Below, in pieces: positions 1-9,579 of a stretch of DNA of 64,000 nt. The notes under the pieces were generated by a model that did not search any database, was not told the DNA's origin, and worked only from the letters and a program-made list of their open reading frames with translations. The translations under genes and the position numbers were made by a program. The first letter of the stretch is position 1; every line of letters starts with the position of its first letter. Source of the DNA: Gemmatimonadota bacterium (GTDB lineage Bacteria; Gemmatimonadota; Gemmatimonadetes; Palauibacterales; Palauibacteraceae); NCBI GenBank assembly GCA_039589195.1, contig JBDHHV010000001.1, forward strand, positions 59,634 to 123,633. Reading direction: 5' to 3'.

Positions 1-2
1 AG

Positions 3-290
3 ACACTCGTTCGGGAGAACCGAGACAGGTCGGAGTTCGTGCTGCTCCTCGACGGCGGAGTCCGTCGCGGCACCGATGTCGTCAAGGCGCTGGCCATGGG
101 AACCGACGCGGTGTGCGTGGGGCGTCCCGTCCTCTGGGGGCTGGCCGTGGATGGTGAGGACGGGGTCGTTCGCGTCCTCGAGCTGCTGCGGGACGAATCG
201 GACACCGCGATGGGGCTGTGTGGCGCCACCTCTTCCAGCGAGCTGAAAGAGATGGCCTCCGATCTCATCGTCTGGCCTGACCGGGGCTAG
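3..290 (+). CDS. FMN-dependent alpha-hydroxy acid oxidase/dehydrogenase, C-terminal part (truncated by window start)
   Basis: [17 protein letters not shown]...[16 protein letters not shown] motif of the glycolate oxidase/L-lactate dehydrogenase family; frame is open back to the window edge. Confidence 0.9.
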   Translation, partial: TLVRENRDRSEFVLLLDGGVRRGTDVVKALAMGTDAVCVGRPVLWGLAVDGEDGVVRVLELLRDESDTAMGLCGATSSSELKEMASDLIVWPDRG

Positions 291-329
291 AATCCAGACG
301 GAGTTCCCCTCCACACGCCGGGCGACTCG

Positions 330-2345
330 CTACTCGACTCCGCTGCGACTCGCGGTCGCGTCCACCTCGCGCGACAACGAGGGGACCGGCGGCCCGTCGC
401 GCAGCAGGAACGAAGCCTGATCGACGACCTGGGGATTTTGCGCCGCCTCCTGCGCCGCCTCCTGCCCCATCTCCTGCAGCTCCTCGACAACCGGCGTGTC
501 TCCGCCGGGGAACAGATAGGGCGTCGCGAGCGTGAACGGTACGATGAGAAGCGCACCGTAGAGCACCGTGCCGGCGACAGCCGTCGCCAGAGTCGGTCTT
601 CGAGCCTCCAGATGCTCGAGAATACCGTCGGCCATCCCGATCCTGGCCGCCGCGGGGATCATCTCGAACGGGGGATCGCACAGCGTCTCGAACACGGCCT
701 TCAGCTTCTCGGGTCGCCCGGCGCCGCTGGGCATCTGCGGTGCGATCCGCCGCACCGCCGCAGCCCAGCGCCACTTTGCCGGTAGAGCCGCCGCGAGGAT
801 GAGGGCGATCACGCCGAGCACCGGGTCCGCGAACCGCCAGGCCACCCAGGCGAACGCCAGCGCCCCGACGCCGAGAAAGATCGCTTGCGCTCGAGGGAAA
901 CGACCCAGGATCAAGGTCTCGACCAGCCGGCCTCCGTCCAGCGGTACGAACGGAAGCAGGTTCAGGTAGTTGAGGACAAGCGCCACGATCCCGAATTCGA
1001 GCCACCAGGAAGCTCCGCCCCGGTAGAAGAAGATCAGGCAAGCGACCCCGAGTATCAGGCCGGGCACAGGACCCAGTAGGTAGACGACGGTGCGCTGCCA
1101 GGCCCTGGCTCCCGGATTCCGACCGACCGTGGCCGCACCCAGGAACGGGAGGAAGAGGATCTGCCGGTCCTTGTATCCGAACGCGATCATCCCGACCAGG
1201 TGCCCGAGCTCGTGGATGAGCACGGCCGCGAAGATGAATCCCACCAATCTCCAGGACGCGTACCAACCGAGTGCGAGGGTGAAGAGGACCGTGCTCACGA
1301 GGAACACGAGGGCCCTACCCGCGACGGGGCGGCGCAGACGCTCCTTGGCCTCGCGCAGGTACTCGAACTCCCAGGCCATCGCGGCGGCCTGCGCCTCACG
1401 TTCCGGTTGAGTCTCGCAGCCCGTGGGGGCTGTCTGGTCATCCGGCGAATAGCTCTCCGAGAGGTACGCGGCGTCCGCCTTCACGGACGCAGGCCAACGA
1501 GCGCTGATCCGCTCCGCCGGTGGTCTCCCGGCCGTAACCGCGGCGGGTCCCACAACCGGCATGGCGCCGGATCGCTCGACCTTGTGAGCCGCCGCTGCTT
1601 CGATCCGCTCGGCCCGCTGCGTCTTCGCGATTCGGTGATTCTCGGCCACGAACTCGCGGGCGAAACTCCACGCGGCCGCGGAGACGACCCGCCAATTGCC
1701 TCCGTTCTCACTGTTTCGGCCGACCGCGGCCGGGGCGATCCATCCCTCCTGCTCCCAGAACCCGAGGGTGGCCGCAAGCATCGCCTCCTCGCGGGCCGCA
1801 AGCTCGGCAGGAGAGTAGCTGATGGTTTGCAGGGTCGTGAGACGGTCTCGAATGGCGCCCTCGTGGTGCTCCCACTGCCGGTCCAAGTCGTTGAGCCGAT
1901 GGTCGTAGCTCTCCCAACACGGGGGAAGTGAGAGCGCGAGATGTTCCACGCCGTCGAAGGTCGCGACCACCGTACCGTCCTCGAAGGCGGTCGAGAAACC
2001 CACCTGGAATGCCCGCTCCCCGGTTCCCGGCAACGGTGGACATACGGCCGCGTATGTGCCGCTCCAGGGGTGGTGGAAGACCTGACAGGGGCGTCGACCC
2101 TCGGTCTCCACGACGGATTCGGTCCATTGAGCGTGGCTGAAGACGAAGTCGAGTTCCTCGAGGTGCCGTGTGGCCAGCTCGAAGAGCGGGTCGATCTCGT
2201 TGGGGAGGTCGCCCGAATCGCAGACCTCTACGCGGGCCGGTCGCAGACGCAAACGGCGGATCTTGAGCCACACGCTTGAAAGGACCAGCAGCTTCGTGCC
2301 CCCTGCCAGGGCCACGAGGATGAGCAGCACGGTAAGCAGGTTCAT
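330..2345 (-). CDS. Site-2 protease (M50 family) with long N-terminal extension
   Basis: HELGH zinc motif and NLLPFVPLDGG motif within hydrophobic segments. Confidence 0.88.
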   Translation of the reverse strand: MNLLTVLLILVALAGGTKLLVLSSVWLKIRRLRLRPARVEVCDSGDLPNEIDPLFELATRHLEELDFVFSHAQWTESVVETEGRRPCQVFHHPWSGTYAAVCPPLPGTGERAFQVGFSTAFEDGTVVATFDGVEHLALSLPPCWESYDHRLNDLDRQWEHHEGAIRDRLTTLQTISYSPAELAAREEAMLAATLGFWEQEGWIAPAAVGRNSENGGNWRVVSAAAWSFAREFVAENHRIAKTQRAERIEAAAAHKVERSGAMPVVGPAAVTAGRPPAERISARWPASVKADAAYLSESYSPDDQTAPTGCETQPEREAQAAAMAWEFEYLREAKERLRRPVAGRALVFLVSTVLFTLALGWYASWRLVGFIFAAVLIHELGHLVGMIAFGYKDRQILFLPFLGAATVGRNPGARAWQRTVVYLLGPVPGLILGVACLIFFYRGGASWWLEFGIVALVLNYLNLLPFVPLDGGRLVETLILGRFPRAQAIFLGVGALAFAWVAWRFADPVLGVIALILAAALPAKWRWAAAVRRIAPQMPSGAGRPEKLKAVFETLCDPPFEMIPAAARIGMADGILEHLEARRPTLATAVAGTVLYGALLIVPFTLATPYLFPGGDTPVVEELQEMGQEAAQEAAQNPQVVDQASFLLRDGPPVPSLSREVDATASRSGVE

Positions 2346-2559
2346 CCGAACTCCGCTTCTTCCTGTTCGTATACGTCACGTCGCGCGCGGTGGGCCGGCC
2401 TCCCGTGGCCACCAACCTCCCATCCCATCCGATCAGCGCGCGGAGGGTGCTGCTGCAAGTTTCGGGTCCCTGGCACAACTCCACGCCGGACATAGAGATG
2501 CGAGTGAACGTGCCGGTTCGTGCGTGGCTCAGGTTGCCACGCAGGGGGCAGGATGCGGG

Positions 2560-4254
2560 TTAGGGCGAGACCTGAAGAGTGCGGAGGCGGTTGAGGGCCT
2601 TGGCCAACTCCTGCGGGCGAGGCATGGCGAGCTCGGGGCTGGACTCGATCGCGATCAGTCCCTCGTCGCGTGCCCTCGAGACCGCTTCGTGCACGAGGGC
2701 ATGCACCGGCGCCGCGCCGTCACACATGGACCGGAGCTCCGCGAGCATCGCGCCGATGGCCCGCGCCTGCCCGTAGTCGATGAGCTGCTCCACGGCGCCC
2801 AAGTCCAACTCCGTGCGGCCGAACTGGAGGGCGTCTGCGGCCCGGGTCTTGATGGCGGTCTTTCCGTCCCGGCGGCGTGCGTCGAAGCTCTCGGGTCGCG
2901 GGACCCGGTGGGTCGGGCGCAGGGCGTGATCGGGCTCGCCGATCCGCCGGCCCGTCGGGTGCTCCGTGGCCACCCGCCGCGCGGCCTCCGTGACCAGATG
3001 GGCACGGTACTCCTCCATGAGGAGCACTGTGTCGGCCACGTCGAGGTAATCGCCCCCCCCGCCGGTCACGAGGATCGTGCTCACCCCCAACCCGAGCAGC
3101 TCGTGCACGCGGTCGATCAACGGGGTAATGGTCTCTCGCTCCACCAGCTCCTGCATGCGCGCATCGCGAACCATCAGGTTGGTGGCGCAGGTGTCCTCGT
3201 CCATCAACAGGAGCGAGGTGCCCGCTTCGAGCGCCTCCATGATGTCGGCGGCGAGGCTGGTACTGCCGGACGCGTCCGGGGTGGAGAAGCTCGCAGTGTC
3301 GCGGGCGAGGGGCAGGTCATGGATGAACGGGCGCAGATCGACTCCCGACACGGCTCGGCCATCTTCGCTGCGCACCTTGACGGCGTCGGCGGCCGTCACG
3401 GTCCATTCGCGCCCGTCCCCGGGGGTATGCGGGAATACGCCGAATTGGAGCGCTTCGAGGAGCGTGGTCTTCCCATGGAAGCCTCCACCCGTGACGACCG
3501 TGACCCCGGCGGGGATCCCCATCCCCTCCACCTCGCCGTGGTGCAGCGTGCCGAGGGTCACGCGGAGCTCCCCTGGGCCCTCGAACGGGAGGGCCCCTTC
3601 GAGCGGGTCGTGGCTGACGCCGCTCTTTCTCGGAAGCATGCTGCCGTTTCGGACGAACGCGACGAGACCGCTCTCCGCGAGGCGAGCTTGCAGGTAGCCG
3701 TGATCTTCGGTGGTCCGGATCCAGCTCCATGCGAGCTCCTGATCGAGGCGATCCCAGCGCACGGTGTCGAAGGCACGTGGCAGGTGCTGTGTGAGGAGTT
3801 CGGCCGCCGAGCGTCCGAGGCAGCGTCGTCCAGCGGCGGGTAGCCCGGCGCGGAAGCGGAGCGTGAGTCCTCCGGCATCTATGGAGCAGCCGGCGCGCGC
3901 CACGACGATGGGACTGTCGACGCTGACGAACACCAGCCCCGACTTCCCCGAGCCGCCCACTCGCGGGAGGGTCTCGCACGATCGCTTGAAGGTGCGCAGC
4001 AGGAAGTCGCACAAGCCGATTCTCCGGGGGGTGGTCGACCAGGCATCATCGGGGATCCCGTGGACGTGGGTGGGCAAATCGAGGCGCAGCTTGCTGGGTG
4101 TCGCGAACGGATCTCCCTGCACGTGGTCGATGTGCAGCGTGAAGTCATCTCCCGACCACTCGCCCTTCGCTCGCTTGTATGCGCGGTACCCCTGGCCGTC
4201 GACCCCGTGGAGAAGACGGCGTAGCTCGTCGAGCGATCCGGTGCTATCGGTCAC
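2560..4254 (-). CDS. ABC-class ATPase domain protein (stand-alone, ABC_ATPase/MRB1590-like family)
   Basis: DHVQGDPFA N-terminal motif, Walker A GGGFHGKT, EDGR, ASGSTS, Walker B LLLMDEDT. Confidence 0.85.
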   Translation of the reverse strand: MTDSTGSLDELRRLLHGVDGQGYRAYKRAKGEWSGDDFTLHIDHVQGDPFATPSKLRLDLPTHVHGIPDDAWSTTPRRIGLCDFLLRTFKRSCETLPRVGGSGKSGLVFVSVDSPIVVARAGCSIDAGGLTLRFRAGLPAAGRRCLGRSAAELLTQHLPRAFDTVRWDRLDQELAWSWIRTTEDHGYLQARLAESGLVAFVRNGSMLPRKSGVSHDPLEGALPFEGPGELRVTLGTLHHGEVEGMGIPAGVTVVTGGGFHGKTTLLEALQFGVFPHTPGDGREWTVTAADAVKVRSEDGRAVSGVDLRPFIHDLPLARDTASFSTPDASGSTSLAADIMEALEAGTSLLLMDEDTCATNLMVRDARMQELVERETITPLIDRVHELLGLGVSTILVTGGGGDYLDVADTVLLMEEYRAHLVTEAARRVATEHPTGRRIGEPDHALRPTHRVPRPESFDARRRDGKTAIKTRAADALQFGRTELDLGAVEQLIDYGQARAIGAMLAELRSMCDGAAPVHALVHEAVSRARDEGLIAIESSPELAMPRPQELAKALNRLRTLQVSP

Positions 4255-4278
4255 GATCGTCCGCTCAGCCGCGCTCGC

Positions 4279-4851
4279 TCACCAGCCCATCCGAGCCCGG
4301 AGCGACGTGATGTGAGCGACGTGGTGCGCCCCGTGCCAGGCGTACAGCTGAAGGAGCACGTCGAGGTCCATCTCCCCTAACTCGGGGTGGTCCAGCCGGC
4401 GCCGATAGTCGTCGTGCGAGAGCGAGCGGAGCCACGGCACCCACCGAGCGTGCAGCGCATCGAGCAGGGCGAGCGACACCTCGATCGGGGCATGCCGGGC
4501 GTCAGCCAGCTCGCCCCAGGCGGCCTCTTCGTACGTGCGGATCGTGGGGACGTCTTCCGTCACGGTGAGCTTGAAGCGCATGTAGCTGTTCAGATGGCTG
4601 TCCGGGACGTGGTGCACCACCTGTCGGACCGTCCACCCTCCGGGACGATACTCGGTGTCCAATTGCACCTCGTCGAGCCCGTCGACGGCGGCCCGGAGCG
4701 CGGCGGGTGCCGCGGCGATCTCGTCCCACATCCTCTCGCGGTCCTCCGCGCTTAGCGTCTCTCGCGGGGAGAACCGTCCTATCGGGAATCGGAGGCCTTC
4801 GAGATCGTCCTCACGGGGGTTGGCTGTACCCTGATGGTTCGTCTCTTTCAT
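4279..4851 (-). CDS. YfiT/DinB-superfamily thiol S-transferase (bacillithiol transferase-like)
   Basis: LRFPIG, YRPGGWTVRQVVHHVPDSH, YAWHGAHHVAHI metal-binding histidines. Confidence 0.88.
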   Translation of the reverse strand: MKETNHQGTANPREDDLEGLRFPIGRFSPRETLSAEDRERMWDEIAAAPAALRAAVDGLDEVQLDTEYRPGGWTVRQVVHHVPDSHLNSYMRFKLTVTEDVPTIRTYEEAAWGELADARHAPIEVSLALLDALHARWVPWLRSLSHDDYRRRLDHPELGEMDLDVLLQLYAWHGAHHVAHITSLRARMGW

Positions 4852-5008
4852 ATGTCCCGTTGGTGTCGGAAGAAGCTGATCGCGCTGGGGGTCACATTAT
4901 CACGCACGAGCCATGGCGCGTCGAGTGATCGGGGTGCATCGTTGTCCCGCGGGCGCGGCGTCCCGACGCTCGACCCGGTTCCGATTTTCCCGGCAAGGAG
5001 CGCAGGTC

Positions 5009-5452
5009 ATGGGTAAGACGATCGGTAGCGTGATCCTGGGGTACCTGGTGATGGTCGTCGTGGTTTTCGGAACTTTCTCCATCGCCTTCCTCGTGCTCGG
5101 GACCGGGGGTTCGTTTCAGGAGGCATCGTACGACATCTCCAACCTGTGGATCGTCGTGAGCATCGTCCTCGGATTCATCGCCGCCGTCGTGGGAGGGTCG
5201 GTGTGTCTCGCCGTGGCCCGGGAAGTGAGAGCGGCGCATATCCTCGCCCTCGTCGTGATCGTGCTGGGGATCGTGTTCGCGCTCCCGCAATTGACGGGGG
5301 GGATCGAGGACCCGGGCCCGAGAGCAGAAGACGTGACGACGTTCGAAGCGATGCAGAGCGCCCAACAGCCCACGTGGCTGGCGCTGTTGAACCCGGTCAT
5401 CGGGGCGGCCGGTATCTTGACCGCAATCCGGCTCAAGAAGAAGACGGCCTGA
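5009..5452 (+). CDS. Hypothetical 4-TM membrane protein
   Basis: AAGGAG RBS before ATG 5009; four hydrophobic segments; basic C-terminus. Confidence 0.75.
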   Translation: MGKTIGSVILGYLVMVVVVFGTFSIAFLVLGTGGSFQEASYDISNLWIVVSIVLGFIAAVVGGSVCLAVAREVRAAHILALVVIVLGIVFALPQLTGGIEDPGPRAEDVTTFEAMQSAQQPTWLALLNPVIGAAGILTAIRLKKKTA

Positions 5453-5509
5453 CCCGCCGCTCGGGGCACGTCACCGGGCCGGTCTCCCGGAGTCTCCCGC
5501 TCCGACCGT

Positions 5510-7174
5510 TCACTCGAGCGCGTACACACCCAGAATCTTTCGTCCGCCTACCTCGAGCGCCCACACCTCGTTCGTGTATGGGAACTCTTTCAGAACGTAC
5601 GGACGATACTCACGAAGGAAACGGAAGTTCGAGAGGAGATAGGTGGCGTCTTCGAGCTCGACGAAGCGTAGCCTGTTCCGATCTTCCGGCGCGAGGATCT
5701 GGCCGCTCAGATCGCCCGGCATGTTGGCCGTGCTGACAGCTATCACCCCGCTGCCGTCGCGCTCCAGCAGGTACTCCAACCCCTCGCGGTACGACAGACC
5801 CCAATAATCGAGCTCGAATGGATGACCATCGTCCGAGAGGATGTTCCCTTCGCCGGCCAGGGCGTTGAAGTACACGTGCTGGTGAGGATGATTCACCACC
5901 ATCCAGCGCACGGTACCCAGGATACTCACGCCCATGATGGCCCCGGCAGTGATCCCGAGGGCCATCCGTCCGCGACTCGGACCGGGCCCGAGACTCGGAT
6001 CGGGCCCGCCGCTCGGACCGGGCTCGCGGCGAACGGTGCGGGCGCAAACGGAGACCCCACGCAGCGCGATCATCAGGAAGGCCGGATACACGAAGTACAT
6101 GTGCCGCCACCCGTCGTACAACACCGATCGTAGCAGGATCGCGCTGGCTATCGGAACGAGCAGCAACGTCACGTAGATGAGGTCTTCGCTGTTTCCCCGC
6201 TCGCTCCACGTGCGGGCCTTCGAGGTCCAGACCGCGTTGAGCAGGCTCCCTGCCCCTACAAAGAAGAGGGCCAGGTAGAGGATCGGGGTCGTCACACCGA
6301 TCCACACCGGCACGTAGTGCCACGGGAGCTCGGAAGACAGCATGAACTCGCCCCTGTAGAGAACCGTGGATTCCCACCGAAACCGGCTCATGTTGCGGAA
6401 GGCTTCGGCGAAATTCCCTATCGGGTCGGACCACAGGTAGGGCCAGAACGCGGTGGTGAGCAACACGAGAGCCGCGAGGTAGGCGAGGGTGATCACGCCG
6501 ACTCTTCTCGGTCGTGTGGGTGACAGCGTCCGACTCGCGAAATCCAGGCCGATCACCACGAGGGTGATCGCTGGAATGAGAACCCCGACGATCCGCGTGC
6601 TGACCGCGGCAGCGCTCGCCACGGCGTGGAGCGCGACGTTGAGAACGGATGGATCGCTGCGAAGTCTCTGCAGCGTGTACACGGCCACGATGAGCACCGA
6701 CAGGAAACCGATGTCCTTGGAGTTGAAAAAGGAGTGCGCGAAGATCCTCGGTGACGCGATCAACAGAGCACACCCAATGAGCGCGATCCACCACCGTCCG
6801 AATCTGTTCTTCGCGAGGAAGAAGAAGGCGATGCTCGCCCCCCAGAAGATCAGAAAGGTGGCCAGGTGACGCGCGTGATGCCTGTCTCGGCTGTCGTCGA
6901 GCCCGAGTGTTGTTTCCAGGGCGTACAGCGGCAGCTCGACGAACACGCCGTAGTCCCGGTCAGGGTAAGTGTGGATCTGGGTCTCGAGCTCGGTCGGACT
7001 GCGGATACCGAGCACCTGAGCGACCTGGCCCGTGACATACCGTGCGCTGATCTGACCATTGCGGCGGTTGTGCCCTTCGTCCCACGAAACGCCGTAATCG
7101 TCGAACGCGAGTAGCCCGACGACCAGGTAGAGGGTAAAGAAGGAAACCGTGAAAAGCTTCGAGCCGCGACTCAT
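5510..7174 (-). CDS. GT-C fold membrane glycosyltransferase (ArnT/PMT, GT39/83-like)
   Basis: DYGVSWDE acidic motif after TM1, PRIFAHSFFNSKD, LPWHY, YDGWRH, ELDYWG; many TM helices. Confidence 0.8.
   Translation of the reverse strand: MSRGSKLFTVSFFTLYLVVGLLAFDDYGVSWDEGHNRRNGQISARYVTGQVAQVLGIRSPTELETQIHTYPDRDYGVFVELPLYALETTLGLDDSRDRHHARHLATFLIFWGASIAFFFLAKNRFGRWWIALIGCALLIASPRIFAHSFFNSKDIGFLSVLIVAVYTLQRLRSDPSVLNVALHAVASAAAVSTRIVGVLIPAITLVVIGLDFASRTLSPTRPRRVGVITLAYLAALVLLTTAFWPYLWSDPIGNFAEAFRNMSRFRWESTVLYRGEFMLSSELPWHYVPVWIGVTTPILYLALFFVGAGSLLNAVWTSKARTWSERGNSEDLIYVTLLLVPIASAILLRSVLYDGWRHMYFVYPAFLMIALRGVSVCARTVRREPGPSGGPDPSLGPGPSRGRMALGITAGAIMGVSILGTVRWMVVNHPHQHVYFNALAGEGNILSDDGHPFELDYWGLSYREGLEYLLERDGSGVIAVSTANMPGDLSGQILAPEDRNRLRFVELEDATYLLSNFRFLREYRPYVLKEFPYTNEVWALEVGGRKILGVYALE
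5974..6027. repeat. 3 x 18-bp imperfect tandem repeat inside the GT-C gene (encodes a Pro/Gly-rich loop)
   Basis: GACTCGGACCGGGCCCGA / GACTCGGATCGGGCCCGC / CGCTCGGACCGGGCTCGC. Confidence 0.7.
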
Positions 7175-7245
7175 TCCCTCGTCAATCCCGCTCTCGTCAC
7201 CCGCCCTGCCTTAGTTTGGCGTCAGAGGTTACCGCCGGCCACCCG

Positions 7246-8841
7246 CTAGCGCTCGGGCGCTGGTCTCCACTCTACCGGAGGTAGCACGACCTTTTCCGGT
7301 AGGTCCGACATGTCTCCGGTCGTGACGAACCGTTCGAGCGCCAGACGGAACTCGTCCGACGCGGCGAGCGCCTCGCTGAGCGCCCCGTGCGTCCCGCGCT
7401 CTATCAGCACGAATCGACGCACCTTGAAATGAGGGGCGAGCTCGAGCGCGTTCTCGAGCGGCGTCGAGATGTCCCAGTTCCCGTGCACGATAACCGTCGG
7501 GATGTCCGTGTCGAAGTTCTCCCGGAACTCGTCTCCGAGGTCAGCGTCCCATGCGGGGCACGTCACCTGATAGAACCAGCCCAGGTTGCCTACCACCTCC
7601 ACGCCCGGATCCTCCAGCATCCGCCCGGCGCGGGCGGGGCTGATCCCGGAGCCGCAATCGAGCATGAAGAACGCCGCGGTCGGGAGGCCGGGCGCACGGG
7701 TCCGACTTGCGAGCTGGCGATTGGCGGGCACCCGGAAATCGCCCTCGTGGAGCCGGAGGATGTCCGCGGGCCACCCGGCCATCCGATGCCCCCGCAGGCT
7801 CGGGCTGAAGCCGCCCGACAGCGCCCGGAAATCGTCGCCGGTGAGGATCACGTCGACCGAATCCCGTGACCCGGGTCGCTTGATACGAACCGCGATCGGC
7901 TCGGAGTCGGCGCGCTCGATCAGCTCGCGGAAGGCGGCGAGGAGCCCACCCTCGGGCATCCGATCGCCAAGCGCGCCCGAAGCCTCGGCGTCCGCCGCCG
8001 TCCGCTCCAGAGCCTTCAGGACCCACCCGGGCATGTCGTAGGTGTGGTCGGGCCCCTCCATGCCGTTCAGGACTGTGCGCTCGACGATCTCCGGGTAATA
8101 CCGCAGTACGGTCATCCCCCAGTGCGATCCAAAGCTGCCGCCATGGATCTGGATCTTCTCGTAGCCGAGCGCTTCGCGGACATCATTCACATCGGCGGCC
8201 GCCTCGATCACGGTGAGGCCGCTGAGATCGAGGCCTGCCGCCTCCCACTTCGCCCGGCACCGTCGCGCGGCGGCGAGCATCTGGGTGGCGCGTGCCTCGA
8301 GGGTGGGCTCGACGTCGGGGCCCAACGGCTCCGCGGACTCGCACGCGGTGTCGGGCGCCGAGGAGCCGATCCCGCGCTGGCCCACGACGACCACGTCGGC
8401 GAGGTGAAGGCGCGGCGCGATGTACTCCTCGAAGAATCCCTCTCGCCCGAGCTGGCTCCCGAACCCGGGCCAGCCGGGACCGCCGTTCAGCCGGAAGATG
8501 GGAGGCGTCGAGGGGTCCGCCTCCGAACCCGCGGGGAAGCGGTGGAACTCGAGCGCGATCACGCCCGCCCCGGGAGTAGACCGGTTGGCGGGCACATACA
8601 GCACGCCCCGCTCGGCTTCGTATACGGAGCCGTCTTCGCGGGGAATCTCGACCGTAGTGAGCAGGAGTGTGCCGGGTGGGTGCGCTTCCACCTCCGAACC
8701 CGGCAGAGGCTCCTGTGTCTGGGACGCGAGGCTGCCGGGTACCGAAGGCAGGAGCAGGAGTGCCAGGAGCGAGAGCGCCCTGGCTGTACGTGGGGACGGG
8801 CCTAGGCTCATGTGGGAATCCGTCATCTCGTCGTCCTGCAT
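7246..8841 (-). CDS. Secreted alpha/beta hydrolase (TAP/S33 peptidase-like); start uncertain (8841 or 8811)
   Basis: Signal peptide, NGGPG oxyanion motif, QRGIG, GGSFG nucleophile elbow, C-terminal D and H (WDISTP, GTHG). Confidence 0.8.
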   Translation of the reverse strand: MQDDEMTDSHMSLGPSPRTARALSLLALLLLPSVPGSLASQTQEPLPGSEVEAHPPGTLLLTTVEIPREDGSVYEAERGVLYVPANRSTPGAGVIALEFHRFPAGSEADPSTPPIFRLNGGPGWPGFGSQLGREGFFEEYIAPRLHLADVVVVGQRGIGSSAPDTACESAEPLGPDVEPTLEARATQMLAAARRCRAKWEAAGLDLSGLTVIEAAADVNDVREALGYEKIQIHGGSFGSHWGMTVLRYYPEIVERTVLNGMEGPDHTYDMPGWVLKALERTAADAEASGALGDRMPEGGLLAAFRELIERADSEPIAVRIKRPGSRDSVDVILTGDDFRALSGGFSPSLRGHRMAGWPADILRLHEGDFRVPANRQLASRTRAPGLPTAAFFMLDCGSGISPARAGRMLEDPGVEVVGNLGWFYQVTCPAWDADLGDEFRENFDTDIPTVIVHGNWDISTPLENALELAPHFKVRRFVLIERGTHGALSEALAASDEFRLALERFVTTGDMSDLPEKVVLPPVEWRPAPER

Positions 8842-9088
8842 TCGACCCCCGTGTCTCGTCTCGAGGTGTAGGTCGCGTGTCACGTGCCCCAGGGTCACCC
8901 GAGGTGTCCGAGTTGATGGAACCGATCCCCGGCTGGTCGGGGGCGCAAGCGAATCATGGTCATCCCGCTGGATCCTGAAGGGCCCTACGGGCGCTTGCCG
9001 CTCGGAGTTTGATTCCGTTGATTGGAACGGGGGGGATGTGTGTGGGCGACGGGTGACTCAGGTCCCGATGACCGCCGGGGGTGGGACG

Positions 9089-9502
9089 ATGGCCTACACG
9101 ATCAGACGCGTCGATTACTTTTACACATCCGTACGAGATCAGCCGGGCTCCGCGTACACGCTCCTGGCCGCGCTCGCCGATCAGGGGATCAGCCTCGTCG
9201 CGTTCACCGCGGTGCCGGTCGGGCCGAGCCGCGCACAGCTCACCCTCTTTCCCCACGATTCGGGACAGCTCCAGAGGGCTGCCAAGAAGGCCGGGATGCA
9301 GCTGGATGGGCCGAACCCGGCTTTATTGGTCCAGGGCGATGACGAGCTCGGGGCGCTCGCGAAGGTCCACCAGCGACTGTATCAGGCGAACGTCAACGTG
9401 TTCGCCTCGAGCGGGGTGGCGGACAACAGCGGGAGCTACGGCTACATCCTGTACGTGAAGCCCGAGGACTACGAGCGAGCGGCGGCGGCGCTGAAGGTCT
9501 AA
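9089..9502 (+). CDS. Tandem ACT-domain protein
   Basis: MAYTIRRVDYFYTSVRDQPG... and GDDELGALAKVHQRLYQANVNV, two ACT-like repeats; the ORF-track N-terminal extension is spurious. Confidence 0.75.
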   Translation: MAYTIRRVDYFYTSVRDQPGSAYTLLAALADQGISLVAFTAVPVGPSRAQLTLFPHDSGQLQRAAKKAGMQLDGPNPALLVQGDDELGALAKVHQRLYQANVNVFASSGVADNSGSYGYILYVKPEDYERAAAALKV

Positions 9503-9546
9503 ACGGAATCGCTGGACACACATGTAGCGCCAACAAGGGCCCTCGA

Positions 9547-9579
9547 GCGACCCACCAGAGTTCTTCAGCGGCCTCCTAG
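9547..9579. mobile_element. Solo terminal inverted repeat of the MITE family found at 33799-34118
   Basis: GCGACCCACCAGAGTTCTTCAGCGGCCTCCTAG matches the reverse complement of the MITE left end plus CTAG at 29/33 positions. Confidence 0.65.

Noticed and set aside
2170-3843. Long antisense or overlapping ORFs (e.g. 2170-3843 +, 22278-23819 +, 38572-39903 +, 39773-41110 -, 58454-59746 -)
   Set aside because: Shadow ORFs of high-GC genes; no recognisable motifs and Arg/Pro/Gly-rich composition.
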